Source of the DNA: Candidatus Sumerlaeia bacterium | GTDB lineage: Bacteria; Sumerlaeota; Sumerlaeia; SLMS01; JAHLLQ01 | Assembly: GCA_019634695.1 (NCBI GenBank) | Contig: JAHCAW010000010.1 | Coordinates: 22,355-86,354, forward strand | DNA: 64,000 nucleotides | Direction: 5' to 3' | Shown here: positions 29,469 through 39,708 of the stretch, in pieces | How positions within the stretch are numbered: position 1 is the stretch's first letter | How the letters are laid out: each line of letters begins with the position of its first letter | The notes under the pieces: generated by a model | Told to the model about the DNA's origin: nothing | The model's input: only the letters and a program-made list of their open reading frames with translations | Databases searched by the model: none | Made by a program: the position numbers and the translations under genes

Positions 29469-30390
29469 CACGCTCGGCGAACTGGCCGACCCCGCGCTGC
29501 GCGACCACGCCCCAATGGGACGGCGCCTGTGGCGCAGCCGCGAACTGATCTTCACGCTGGTCAAACGCGACCTTAAGATTCGCTACAAGTCCTCGTCGCT
29601 GGGCTTCCTGTGGTCGTTCGGGCGGCCGCTCTTCCTGATGCTGGTGATCTGGGCGGTCTTCTCGCTGATGGTGCGCATTCCATCCAGCCATCCGTGGCTG
29701 CCGTTCTCGCTGCACCTGCTGACCGGCTTGCTGCCGTGGATGTTCTTCGCGAGTGCCCTCAGCGAGGCGCTCTACTCGGTGATCGGCAACTCGAACGTCG
29801 TGAAGAAGGTCTGGTTGCCGGTGGAGGTGTTCCCGGCCTCGGTGGTGGCGGGGCAACTGGTGCACCTGATTCTTGCCGGCGTGCCCTTCGCGGTGTTCAT
29901 CGTGGCGTATGCGCTGTTCGGGCACGTGCCGGACGATGGCGGTCGGCTTGGTTTCCTGATCGTGCCGTCGTGGGAGTTGGTGCTGCTGCCCTTCGTGGTG
30001 TTGCTGCAAGTGCTGCTCGTGTTCGGTTTGGCGCTGATCGTGGCGTCGTTGAACGTGTTCTATCGCGACATGGCCTCGATCACGGAGATTCTGCTGACGG
30101 CGTGGTTCTACGTGACGCCGGTGATCTATCCGGCGCAGCTCGCGCGCGAGACGCTGAAGGGGCACGGACTCGATCCGTTCTACTGGATCTGGCTGGCGAA
30201 TCCGATGACGCCGATCACGTTGGCTTATCGACGCATCTTCTTCGGCCGCCTGTTCGAGGACGCGCCGGAAGTTTCGGACGCGACGCTGCTGCTCGGGTTG
30301 GGCCTCGCCACGGCCTCGACACTGATCGTGCTGTGGGTGGGCATCCGGCTGTTCGAGCGCATGAGCCGGCGGTTCGCCGATGAACTTTGA
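29452..30390 (+). CDS. ABC-2 type (Wzm/TagG-like) polysaccharide export permease
   Basis: The family signature RDLKIRYKSSSLGFLWSF is followed by six predicted TM segments. An alternative start is the ATG at 29515. No cognate ATPase is adjacent. Confidence 0.8.
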   Translation: MSLPPDTLGELADPALRDHAPMGRRLWRSRELIFTLVKRDLKIRYKSSSLGFLWSFGRPLFLMLVIWAVFSLMVRIPSSHPWLPFSLHLLTGLLPWMFFASALSEALYSVIGNSNVVKKVWLPVEVFPASVVAGQLVHLILAGVPFAVFIVAYALFGHVPDDGGRLGFLIVPSWELVLLPFVVLLQVLLVFGLALIVASLNVFYRDMASITEILLTAWFYVTPVIYPAQLARETLKGHGLDPFYWIWLANPMTPITLAYRRIFFGRLFEDAPEVSDATLLLGLGLATASTLIVLWVGIRLFERMSRRFADEL

Positions 30391-31069
30391 CCCGCTGCCC
30401 GGGTTGCCGGCGCGCGCCGCGGCGCTGGCATGGGGATGCTGCCGGCATCCGGCGATGCTGCTCCACCTGCCCCGCGTGGCCCGCAACCGGCGCAATCGCC
30501 GCACGCCGCTCTACGATGGGCTGCCGTGGATTTCGATTCCGGCCATTGCGTGGCTGGAGCAAACGATCCGCCCCGAGTGGCAGGCGTTCGAGTACGGCGC
30601 AGGCGGCTCGACCGTGTTTCTGCTCCAGCGGCTCGCCCGCGTCGTGTCCGTCGAGCACGACGGCGAGTGGCTCGCCTCCGTCCGCGAGCGCCTTTCGCCG
30701 GAGACCGCCACGCGCGCCGACCTGCGCCACGCCCCACCGCAACCCGGCGACGATCCCGCGACCGCCTCCACCGTGCCGGCCTATCGCGGGATGAACTTCC
30801 GCAACTACGTTTCCATGATCGACGAATTCGCCGATGCCACGTTCGACCTGGTGCTCGTCGACGGCCGCGCGCGCAATGCGTGCGTGCGCGCCGCGTGGCC
30901 CAAAGTGCGACCCGGTGGCTGGCTCGTGCTCGACAACTCCGAGCGCCCCAAGTACCGCGACGCCCTCGCCCACCTTGCCCCCCACCCCCGCCACGATTTC
31001 CCCGGCCTCTCGCCCTATCAATACGACCCCACCCGAACGAGCGCCTGGCAGAAACCGGCTCAGCCCTGA
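30380..31069 (+). CDS. Class I SAM-dependent methyltransferase
   Basis: The motif I-like sequence is AFEYGAGGSTVFL, and the post-I region is DLVLVDGR...VRPGGWLVLDN. The gene overlaps the permease stop by 11 nt. Confidence 0.65.
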   Translation: MNFDPLPGLPARAAALAWGCCRHPAMLLHLPRVARNRRNRRTPLYDGLPWISIPAIAWLEQTIRPEWQAFEYGAGGSTVFLLQRLARVVSVEHDGEWLASVRERLSPETATRADLRHAPPQPGDDPATASTVPAYRGMNFRNYVSMIDEFADATFDLVLVDGRARNACVRAAWPKVRPGGWLVLDNSERPKYRDALAHLAPHPRHDFPGLSPYQYDPTRTSAWQKPAQP

Positions 31070-31220
31070 CACGACACGACTTCCGCTCCCCCACTCGGAT
31101 CGGCCCAAGACTGAATTCAACTCACAATGGGTTGACGGCGGCGGTCTCCGAATCCATAATACGATTGCGTTGAGCGAGGCGGGGGCGGCCGTCGCGTACA
31201 CTTGCAGGGGGAGCATTGCC

Positions 31221-34200
31221 ATGTCCGCGACGAGCGTTGCAGGTGCGTGGTTTCTTCGGGTCCTTGCCGCGCTGGCGGCTCTTGTCGGGTGTGCCTCGGT
31301 GGCCGGCGCCCAAGGGGAATACTGGCGGGATACGTCGGTTCCGGGCGAGATCGTCGTCCAGTACCGTGCCGCGGCGCCGCCGGTGGCATGGGAAGCGACG
31401 GCCAGGGGTGCCGGGCCCGGCAAGTACCTGCTGGATGCGGATTCGGGCATGTCGGGGCAACTGCTCGCGGTGCTAAAGGCGGCGGGCGTGGTGGAAGTCG
31501 AACCGCTGGTGACCCCGGCAAGTGCGCGCAATCGCGCCAAGGGGCTGCACCCGGCCGAAGGGTCGCGCCTGCACCGGTTGGTGCTGGCCGAGGGAGCGGA
31601 CACTGCGGCGATCATCGCAGCGCTGCGCGGGCTGGCGGTCGTCGATTTCGCCGAGCCCAACTATGCCGGGCGATTGGTGTCGTTGCCCAACGATCCGTTG
31701 CTCGGCGCCCAGCAGGCGCTGATGGATGCCGTCGGGCTGGAGCAGGCGTGGCAGGCTCAGATTGATGCGGGCAAGCCGGCGGGCGGTTCGGCCAGTGTCC
31801 GGGTTGCCGTGATCGATTCGGGCGTGGATGCGGCACACGAGGACCTTGTCGGCGCACTGGACCTGAGCACGTCGTTCAACTTCGTGTCGAACGACGACGC
31901 GGTGTTCGACGATCTTGGTCATGGCACGCGTGTGGCCGGGCTGATCGGCGCCCGTGGAGGCAATGGGCTGGGCATGGCAGGGGTAGCGTTTGGGGCGACG
32001 CTGGTGTCGCTCGACGTGGCCGATGGCGCGGGAGTGGTGACGTCGGCTCGGGTGGCCTCGGCGGTGAACTACGCCGTGGCGACCGGTTGCGACATTGCGA
32101 ACCTGAGCATCGCGTTCAATGCCAAGTCGACGGCGCTGGAGCAGGCCTGCGCGGCGGCAGCCGATGCGGGCGTGTTGTTGGTGGCGGCGGCCGGGAACGA
32201 GAACCAAGGAATGTTGCCAGTCTATCCGTCCAGCTTCGCGTCGGTGCTCGGCGTCGGGGCGTTGGCCGCCGACGGCCAGGCGCGGGCATCCTTCTCCAAT
32301 TTCAATGGCTCGCAGCGCGATCTCGTCGACCTGTTCGCGCCGGGCACAATGCTGCTGTCGACGACGCCGGGCTCGCAATACGACGGGTTCCTGGGCTCGG
32401 GAACGAGCTATGCCGCTCCCGTCGTCGCCGGCGTGGCGGCGCTGCTGAAGTCAACCGATCCCGCGCAGGGTGGCCGCGCGTTGCGAGCACATCTGGCCGC
32501 AACGGCCGCCGCGCCCGACGCCGCGTTCCAGCCGGCCAACGGCTCCGGACATGGACGTGTGGACGCGGCGGCGGCGCTGGGCACCCCCTTCGTTCCGGCG
32601 CTCGCCCTCGACCGCATGGTCGTCGACGACGCCCCGAGCCACAATCCGGACAATGACGGAGATGGCACGCTGGACGTTGGCGAGACTGTCAATCTGGTGG
32701 TGCACGTGACCTCGACGGGCGGCGACGCGACGAACGTCACGGGTACGCTGTCATCCAGCGATCCGGCCTTCCTCTCGCTCGGCACGACGACGGCGACCTT
32801 CGGTGCCGTGCGCGTGGGTTCGAGCACCTCGAATGCCTCGGCACCTTTTGGACCGATCCTCGTCGCGCCCGTTGCCCTTGGCACGCAGGCGACGCTGACG
32901 CTCGAGCTTGCCGGCGATGGCGGCACGAGCGCCACGCTCGCGCTCGTCCTGCGATTGGAGGACGAAATCACCCTCTCGGGCGTCGTGCAGAACTTCGCCT
33001 TCCAGGAGGACAAGACGTACCGCGTCCCGGCGAACCTGCTGCTGCGCGGCGACGTGACGATCGAGCCGGGGACGATCATCCGTTCCGATCCGGGCGTGCA
33101 CGTGCTGGCCTCGACGGGCGCGCGGCTGACGGCCGTCGGCACCGCCGAGAAGCCCATCGTCTTCACTGCCGCCCGTCGGAACGCCGACCTCAAGGTGCCC
33201 AAGCCCCTGATCGACCCGAGCGAACTGGGACCCCGGACCGAACCCGTGCCGGTCAACGAATACGACCATGTCTTCCACGTCTCCATTGAAGCCGGGTCCG
33301 ACGCCACCGGCGACGGATCAATGGAATCCCCTTGGGCGAGCCTGCAACACGCCGAGTCCCAGATCCCCACCGGCGCCAAGGCTGCCCTGCTCGTGGCGGC
33401 GGGAGAGTACGCCGTCTCCGTCAGTGCGTTGATAAACACAGGGAAGAATGTCGGCATCTTTGGGGGGTTTCATCCATCCACGTGGGAGCGCGATATCGAC
33501 GCCTTCCGAACCTTGTTCGTCCGCAACTCATCAAGCCTGCCTGTGTCCTCGGCGATCCTCCGATTCCGGGGCGCCTCCCAAAGCCGAGTCGATGGCATTC
33601 GCTTCACCGCGACACAGATTCCACACACAGGCTCTGCGATCAGCATCGATTTCCAGGGCACGTCAATCGCGCTCTCCAATTGCCACTTTTCCGGCCATAC
33701 ACAGATGATGATTGCGGACGTCCCCGCAGTTCCAGAGTCATTCACTCTCGACAACTGTATTCTGACACGCACCTCGCTGACCTTCGAAAACATTGCGGTG
33801 CCAACCGGAAGCGAGTCCGGATTTGCACGTCTGCGCCGCAATGTCTTCCTTCAGATGCCCAGCATCGTGCTTGACACAATGCTGGATGACGGCATTCCGG
33901 CGGCTCGATTGTATGGAGCCATCTTCGAAGACAATGTCTTCGCCGACATTGCGGGAGACCGGGTCGAGTTCTTGAGAGTTGGCCACTCACGCTCGTCTGC
34001 ACTGTACCGGCGGGGCGTGATTACCGGCCCTGTCCTTCAGACCATGGAAGACGGCAACCGGACGATGTTCGACATGATCTCCAACAGGGGGCGCCTGGAC
34101 ATGGAGGACATTCTCGTGTCGGGCATCTCCGTTCCCCACGGCCAGGACCACACGTTCTCCACCGGCGCTTCGTTGACGAATGGAGCGATCATCGCAAACA

Positions 34201-36968
34201 ATCGCATATATATTGGCTTCTCAAAGTTTATAAACAGCACAATGATGATGAACGACTATTATGCCGTATATGGTTTTCGGAAGACCGCTATTCTGAACTC
34301 AATCCTGTTCGACAATGAACGCCGAGACTTGCCGTTTGAATCCGCCAGCTATTCAATCATCGAAGGAGGCGCGGCAGGACAAGGCGTCATGGAGAGCGAT
34401 CCCATGTTGCTCGGTGTCCTTGTCGCGGGCGTCATTGAGGATGCCACCTTCCACCCGGAGCGAAATCAGAGCCGATTTCTGTTCTCGGCAGACGATTCGA
34501 TCCCCGCAGGTTCTTTGGCCGGACACGTGCTCCTGGTCGGCGGAATGGGATGCTACGTGATGTCCCATGGAGACGGCGAGGCTTGGGTATGGGGCGACAT
34601 GACCGGTTTCGTGTCCTATCCCGCCGCATGGAAGCTCGTCACGCACCACATTCGACCGGGCTCACCCGCGATCGACGCCGGGCCGGGACCGGCTGCGAAT
34701 GGCTCTGTACCCGCCGCGGATATGGACGGCGATCCCCGCGCGGGCTTGACCACTGACATTGGAGCCGACCAGTACAGCGCCCTGACTGCCCCGTTGGCCG
34801 GGAGTGCTTGGGGCTCGCTTCGCATCACCTCAGGCATCGATTCTGCATCTCTCCAGCACGTCGTCGTCGAAAAGTCCCGCGGCTTCATCGTCGAGTCCGC
34901 TCTCGCCGAGTTGTCAGACATCACGACGAGAGCGAATCATGGGTCAGGCCTCGAGATTACCGTGCCGCTGAGCCAGCCGGCTCGAGCAGTGCGAGCGCTC
35001 CTCAACTATGCAGATGGAATCACGGCGCCAGCGAGTAGCGTCACCGACTGCGAAGCTGACAACAACAGTGGTCGAGGGATCGTTGCCGACTCGGTCGCCG
35101 GCTCGATCGCAACCGCAAACGGCGGCATCGGAATCCGCGCCCGCATCGCGACCGATTCGGAGGCCAGTTCCAATGCGAGCGCCGGGTTCGTTTTGCTGGA
35201 GTCCGGGTCCGGCCTTGTCGCGCGCCACAACGGAGCGCACGGAATCTCTTCGGCATGGCTCGGTTCACCAGCGGCGTCATCAGTGACTCGCTCGCGGAAT
35301 TCAACGCCCGGGGATGGAATCGTCTTCGGGGATGAGGATTTCTCCGACGGCGACAGTGGCAACGGCAACGCGAGTCGGCACCGTGCGCGACAGCTCCTCG
35401 CATACAACGGGCGGCATGGTGTCTCCTTGTCCAGAGGAGCCGTCGAGGGGACGACGGTGCGGGAGAATGCCGGCTTCGGAGTCGCATTTTCCGACAACAC
35501 CACAAACACGGTTTCGGGCAGTCGCATCGAAGGCAACCAGTCCAGCGGAATTCGCGGCCCATCGAGCGTGGCGGACTCGGTTGTTGTCCGCAACGCGGGC
35601 GGCGTCGTACCGTTGACCAGCAGTTTCACACCCCGGGCACGTGTCCGGGACTCGTACTTTGCCGAGAACGGCGACCCCGCGCTCGACGGCATTGAGGTCA
35701 ACCGCTCCGTCTTCCTGGCGAACCTCGGGGACGCGATCCGGCGCGCCTCCACCACCGGCGCCCTTGAGGCCGTCGCGGACAGCTACATCGCGCGCAACGC
35801 AGGCTGGGGGGTGCGGTCCACAACGGGGCGGGGCACGATTGCCCGCAGCACCTTCCGGCACAACGCCAAGGGCGTGCTGGATGTGCTTTCGGCCACCCAG
35901 TCCAACTTCATCGACAACGGGACCCTGGCGGCCGAGGACACCAGCAGCGTCGGCAGCGACGACCGGAACTTCAAGGACTCCTACTGGGGGCCGACCGGCA
36001 CCGCGTTGCTGCAGGCCGCCGCGCCCTATGCCAACATGCCCTTCCTGCGCGACGTGCTGGACCAGTCGGGCACGCATCTGATCGACGTCTGGCCCTTCAG
36101 CGCGACACCCGTCGCGAACGCGCCCGACATGTCGGCCATTCCGGGCTTCCTCCATTCGGTGTCGCCGGCATTCGAGGAGCCGATCTCCATCGGCCAGCTC
36201 GAGATCGAACTCGTCTTCAGCGCCCCGATGCGCACGGATGCCGACCCGGCGGTGACGTTCGGCATCGCCCCGCCGTTCACCACACATGTGGTCAATCCCG
36301 ATCCGGGCTGGACGGACGATCGCACGTGGCGCGGCTCGCTGTGGATGCAGGCGGATGCGGGTGATGGCACGCACACGCTGCGTGTCAGCGGCGCGATGGA
36401 TGCCAACGACTTCGCGATACCGGACGATCTGTCGCATCGGCTTGCCGTGGACACCGCCGGCGGGCTGGCCGGAACGAACGGGGCGGCGCTGGCGCTGGGC
36501 ACCAGCGAGATGCGCGTGCTGTGGTCCGGCGACGGCGCGCCCGACGACGCGGCCGGGTTCAATGTGCTGCGCAGCCTTTCGGGTGCTCCCGGCACGTTCG
36601 CACGCGCCAACGCCGCCCCGGTGGCCGGTGGCGAGTTCATCGACACCGGGCTCGCCGAGGACACGCTCTATCACTATCGGATCGACGTGGTGCGCGGCGG
36701 CACAAGTGCCCTGCAGTGGACCACGCCGTTTGCCGGTCGCACGGAGGAGGGCTTCCTTCTCGGCGACGTGAATGCCGACGGGGCGATCACGCCGGCCGAC
36801 GCGCAAGCGGCGTTCGAGTGCTACCTCGACGGCCAATGCGCGCAGACCCACAAGGCGCAGGCAGCGGATGTCTGTCCCGGGGACGACACGCCAATCACGC
36901 CCCGGGATGCACAGGCCATCTTCGAGATGTTCCTTGGGCTGGAGCCGACGTGCGAGCCGGCGCGCTGA
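31221..36968 (+). CDS. S8 (subtilisin-family) peptidase with a very long right-handed beta-helix region and a C-terminal dockerin-like module
   Basis: The signal peptide is MSATSVAGAWFLRVLAALAALVGCASVAGA. The catalytic triad contexts are VAVIDSGVD, HGTRVAG and GTSYAAPVVAG. A beta-helix/choice-of-anchor-like motif reads PGSPAIDAG...DGDPRAGLTTDIGADQY. The C-terminus has the pair DVNADGAITPADAQ...DDTPITPRDAQ. Confidence 0.85.
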   Translation: MSATSVAGAWFLRVLAALAALVGCASVAGAQGEYWRDTSVPGEIVVQYRAAAPPVAWEATARGAGPGKYLLDADSGMSGQLLAVLKAAGVVEVEPLVTPASARNRAKGLHPAEGSRLHRLVLAEGADTAAIIAALRGLAVVDFAEPNYAGRLVSLPNDPLLGAQQALMDAVGLEQAWQAQIDAGKPAGGSASVRVAVIDSGVDAAHEDLVGALDLSTSFNFVSNDDAVFDDLGHGTRVAGLIGARGGNGLGMAGVAFGATLVSLDVADGAGVVTSARVASAVNYAVATGCDIANLSIAFNAKSTALEQACAAAADAGVLLVAAAGNENQGMLPVYPSSFASVLGVGALAADGQARASFSNFNGSQRDLVDLFAPGTMLLSTTPGSQYDGFLGSGTSYAAPVVAGVAALLKSTDPAQGGRALRAHLAATAAAPDAAFQPANGSGHGRVDAAAALGTPFVPALALDRMVVDDAPSHNPDNDGDGTLDVGETVNLVVHVTSTGGDATNVTGTLSSSDPAFLSLGTTTATFGAVRVGSSTSNASAPFGPILVAPVALGTQATLTLELAGDGGTSATLALVLRLEDEITLSGVVQNFAFQEDKTYRVPANLLLRGDVTIEPGTIIRSDPGVHVLASTGARLTAVGTAEKPIVFTAARRNADLKVPKPLIDPSELGPRTEPVPVNEYDHVFHVSIEAGSDATGDGSMESPWASLQHAESQIPTGAKAALLVAAGEYAVSVSALINTGKNVGIFGGFHPSTWERDIDAFRTLFVRNSSSLPVSSAILRFRGASQSRVDGIRFTATQIPHTGSAISIDFQGTSIALSNCHFSGHTQMMIADVPAVPESFTLDNCILTRTSLTFENIAVPTGSESGFARLRRNVFLQMPSIVLDTMLDDGIPAARLYGAIFEDNVFADIAGDRVEFLRVGHSRSSALYRRGVITGPVLQTMEDGNRTMFDMISNRGRLDMEDILVSGISVPHGQDHTFSTGASLTNGAIIANNRIYIGFSKFINSTMMMNDYYAVYGFRKTAILNSILFDNERRDLPFESASYSIIEGGAAGQGVMESDPMLLGVLVAGVIEDATFHPERNQSRFLFSADDSIPAGSLAGHVLLVGGMGCYVMSHGDGEAWVWGDMTGFVSYPAAWKLVTHHIRPGSPAIDAGPGPAANGSVPAADMDGDPRAGLTTDIGADQYSALTAPLAGSAWGSLRITSGIDSASLQHVVVEKSRGFIVESALAELSDITTRANHGSGLEITVPLSQPARAVRALLNYADGITAPASSVTDCEADNNSGRGIVADSVAGSIATANGGIGIRARIATDSEASSNASAGFVLLESGSGLVARHNGAHGISSAWLGSPAASSVTRSRNSTPGDGIVFGDEDFSDGDSGNGNASRHRARQLLAYNGRHGVSLSRGAVEGTTVRENAGFGVAFSDNTTNTVSGSRIEGNQSSGIRGPSSVADSVVVRNAGGVVPLTSSFTPRARVRDSYFAENGDPALDGIEVNRSVFLANLGDAIRRASTTGALEAVADSYIARNAGWGVRSTTGRGTIARSTFRHNAKGVLDVLSATQSNFIDNGTLAAEDTSSVGSDDRNFKDSYWGPTGTALLQAAAPYANMPFLRDVLDQSGTHLIDVWPFSATPVANAPDMSAIPGFLHSVSPAFEEPISIGQLEIELVFSAPMRTDADPAVTFGIAPPFTTHVVNPDPGWTDDRTWRGSLWMQADAGDGTHTLRVSGAMDANDFAIPDDLSHRLAVDTAGGLAGTNGAALALGTSEMRVLWSGDGAPDDAAGFNVLRSLSGAPGTFARANAAPVAGGEFIDTGLAEDTLYHYRIDVVRGGTSALQWTTPFAGRTEEGFLLGDVNADGAITPADAQAAFECYLDGQCAQTHKAQAADVCPGDDTPITPRDAQAIFEMFLGLEPTCEPAR

Positions 36969-36983
36969 TACGCCCAACGCCTT

Positions 36984-37811
36984 TCACATAAGCTCGAACT
37001 GCCCCACGAGGGCGTGTTCCTTGCCGGGGGCGAGGGTGACGGGGTGGTGCAGGCAGTTGGCCGGTTCGACGCAGACGAAGGGCGACGCGGGGGAGCCGTC
37101 CTTGCCGGGGCCGGGGTTCCAGACGACGATCTCGGTGGCGCCCGTGTGGGCGATGCGCACGTGCGGGCGCCCGCCGTCGTGCAGGACGACGGCACGGCGA
37201 GGCGCTTCGACGACACGATCCACGGCGCCCGGGAAGGTGATGGAGCCCTGCTGGATGCGGTCGCCGCCGGCGACCTTGTCGCGGAACGAGCGCCCGGCGA
37301 GGCCCTCGACGCAGGCCTGCGTCGCGTCGGAGACGGCGAAGTAGGGATGGAACGCGCACTCGTACGCGAGGGGGGACGTGTCCTCGTTGCGAACGGTCAG
37401 GGTCATGCGAACACCGGTGTCGGCGAGTTGGATCGCGAGCCGCGCATGGAAGCGATGCGGCCACAGGAAGCGCGTGACTTCGGAATCCCTGAGGCCCAGC
37501 ACGATGCGACGGCCGACGGTTTCCTCCAGAGACCATGCGAGGTTGCGCGCGAAGCCGTGTCGCGGGCGCGTGGCGTCGGTGGCATGGGGGCCGAACCACG
37601 GAAAGACGAGCGGGACGCCACCGCGAATCGCGCGGCCGCCGATGTACTCCTCGCCCGGGGCCAGCCAGAGCAGGGCGCGGCCGGTGGCGCGCTGCTCGAA
37701 GGCCGTGAGGTGCGCGCCGTTCAGCATCACTTCGGCCCGAATGTCCGCATCGGCGCAGCACAGGCGCGGCAGGCCGCTGGCGGTGAAGTCGAGAATCCAT
37801 TCCGCTGACAT
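36984..37811 (-). CDS. D-hexose-6-phosphate mutarotase (aldose 1-epimerase family, YeaD-like)
   Basis: The ATG at 37811 gives MSAEWILDF. Motifs include IRGGVPLVFPWFGP, RHGFARN and FHPYF. Confidence 0.8.
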   Translation of the reverse strand: MSAEWILDFTASGLPRLCCADADIRAEVMLNGAHLTAFEQRATGRALLWLAPGEEYIGGRAIRGGVPLVFPWFGPHATDATRPRHGFARNLAWSLEETVGRRIVLGLRDSEVTRFLWPHRFHARLAIQLADTGVRMTLTVRNEDTSPLAYECAFHPYFAVSDATQACVEGLAGRSFRDKVAGGDRIQQGSITFPGAVDRVVEAPRRAVVLHDGGRPHVRIAHTGATEIVVWNPGPGKDGSPASPFVCVEPANCLHHPVTLAPGKEHALVGQFELM

Positions 37812-37960
37812 GGCTGCCCCTCCACAGAACGAGTTGCCGTGCACTTCGGCACAGGCGCGCCGTGGGGGCAACTGCGCGATGGAGGAATCTTTCCGTTGCA
37901 CCCAGCGCTTGCCGGCATCAGATGCAGGGCAGGATCCGAAAGCCCGCTTCGGAGGACGCA

Positions 37961-38899
37961 ATGCACTTCTCCCCCGCCCATCGCGACGCGCCTTCGCCGC
38001 TGGCCAATGCCCTTTCGGGTCTGGTGCAGCGGCGTGTCGTGGAAGTCGAATCGCTGCCACAGCGGCGCGTAGTCCTGTCCGCAGTGCTGATGATGGTATT
38101 CGCAGCGACGTTCGACTGGCTCACGGGGCACCAGACACGCGTGCTGCCCTTCTACTTCGTGCCATTGGTGTTGATGTCGTGGCGGGTGACGCTGGAGCAG
38201 TCGCTGCTGGCGGCCGGGGGGTGCACGCTGCTCTGGCTGGCGGCACACGCGTTCAGCCAGGGATACACGATTCATGAGGTGGTGTGGGCATGGAACACAC
38301 TGGTGGTGTTCGCATCGCTGGCCTTCGTGGCGCTGACGACGGGGATCGTTCGCTTGCTGGCGGACGACCTGCGCACGATGGCGCTGCACGACGGGCTGAC
38401 AGGAATCTACAACAGGCGGGCGTTCCGTTCGGTGCTGGAGACGGAGGTAGCCCGGGCCCATCGACACGGGCACACGCTGACGCTGCTGTATCTGGACATC
38501 GACGACTTCAAGAGGGTGAACGACCAGCACGGCCACGAGATGGGGGACGAGGCGCTGCGAACAATGGGCCGCATCCTGCTCGGGCGATTGCGGACAAGCG
38601 ATTCGCCGGCCCGCCTGGGTGGCGACGAGTTCGCTATCCTGTTGCCGGAGACCGACGAGGCCAGCGCGCGCAAGGTGGCAGGGGTGCTCACGGAGGCGCT
38701 TCGTGCCGAGCAAACGCGGCTCGGGTTCCCCATCTCGTGCAGCCTGGGCGCCGCGACGTTCGCCCCGGCACCCGAACGTGCCGAAGAGGTGCTGCACCAT
38801 GCGGACGAACTCATGTACGAGGTGAAGCGCGGCGGCAAAGGCGCCATCTCCTCGCGAACATTCCAGCCCGCGAAGGCCCCACGGCCGGACGCCCCTTGA
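37961..38899 (+). CDS. Membrane-anchored diguanylate cyclase (GGDEF)
   Basis: A GGAGGA RBS precedes the start. N-terminal TM helices are followed by DGLTGIYNRRAF, RLGGDEFAILL and HHADELMYEVK. Confidence 0.9.
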   Translation: MHFSPAHRDAPSPLANALSGLVQRRVVEVESLPQRRVVLSAVLMMVFAATFDWLTGHQTRVLPFYFVPLVLMSWRVTLEQSLLAAGGCTLLWLAAHAFSQGYTIHEVVWAWNTLVVFASLAFVALTTGIVRLLADDLRTMALHDGLTGIYNRRAFRSVLETEVARAHRHGHTLTLLYLDIDDFKRVNDQHGHEMGDEALRTMGRILLGRLRTSDSPARLGGDEFAILLPETDEASARKVAGVLTEALRAEQTRLGFPISCSLGAATFAPAPERAEEVLHHADELMYEVKRGGKGAISSRTFQPAKAPRPDAP

Positions 38900-38982
38900 C
38901 ACCCGCTCACACCCGGTCGCCTGTGGCACCCGTGCCCAACGAGATGCCCGGCCGCACCCGGCGGCAAAGGAAGCATGACCCG

Positions 38983-39708
38983 ATGCACCGACTCGCCCTT
39001 GTCCTGACCGTACTTCTCGGCGCCCTGTCGAGCGCATGTGCGTGGGCGGAAGCGCCCGCCTCCGCGCCGGTCGCCCCGCCGGAGATCGTCGAATCGCGCA
39101 TCGCCGCAAACTGCTACAACGTCCACGACGGCGTGCGCTCGATCGACACGGTCGTCGTACACTATGCCAGCGCCATCTACTGGTTCGACCCCTCCTTCCA
39201 GCGCATCCTGGGCGACGAGGGCCGCGCCTATGCGGAGAGCATCGGCCTGACGCGCGAGAACCTCGCCCAGCACAAGTACGACTGGCAGCTCGTGAAGCCG
39301 ATCTTCGAGGCGTACAAGGTCTCGGCGCACTACATCATCGCGCGCGACGGGACCATCGTGCGCCTGGTGCCGGACAACGACCGCGCGTGGCACGCCGGCC
39401 AGAGCACCATGCCGACCGACGGGCGCCAGGGCGTGAACAACTTCTCCATCGGCATCGAGCTGATGTCGAGCCACCCGAAGGACGACCCGACCGTCGTGAC
39501 GCCGCAGGATGCGTACACGGAGGCGCAGTACGCCTCGCTGACGCGCCTGATCGCGATGTTCTGCGAGAAGCATCCCATCACGGCCGTCGTGGGACACGAC
39601 GAGATCGCCCCCGGCCGCAAGACGGATCCCGGACCGTTGTTCCAGTGGGGTCGCGTGCGCACGCCGGACTATCGACCGTTGGCCTGCGTCGAGTCGGCCA
39701 GCGAATGA
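38983..39708 (+). CDS. N-acetylmuramoyl-L-alanine amidase (Amidase_2/AmpD-like), secreted
   Basis: The signal peptide is MHRLALVLTVLLGALSSACAWA. Motifs include HYIIARDGTIVRLVP..RAWHAG and GHDEIAPGRKTDPG. Confidence 0.85.
   Translation: MHRLALVLTVLLGALSSACAWAEAPASAPVAPPEIVESRIAANCYNVHDGVRSIDTVVVHYASAIYWFDPSFQRILGDEGRAYAESIGLTRENLAQHKYDWQLVKPIFEAYKVSAHYIIARDGTIVRLVPDNDRAWHAGQSTMPTDGRQGVNNFSIGIELMSSHPKDDPTVVTPQDAYTEAQYASLTRLIAMFCEKHPITAVVGHDEIAPGRKTDPGPLFQWGRVRTPDYRPLACVESASE

Noticed and set aside
35301-36977. 558-aa minus-strand ORF; the same applies to 32408-33457 and 30215-31660
   Set aside because: All of these lie antisense within the S8 protease gene or the methyltransferase region. They have Arg/Gly/Ala/Pro-rich composition and no start context.
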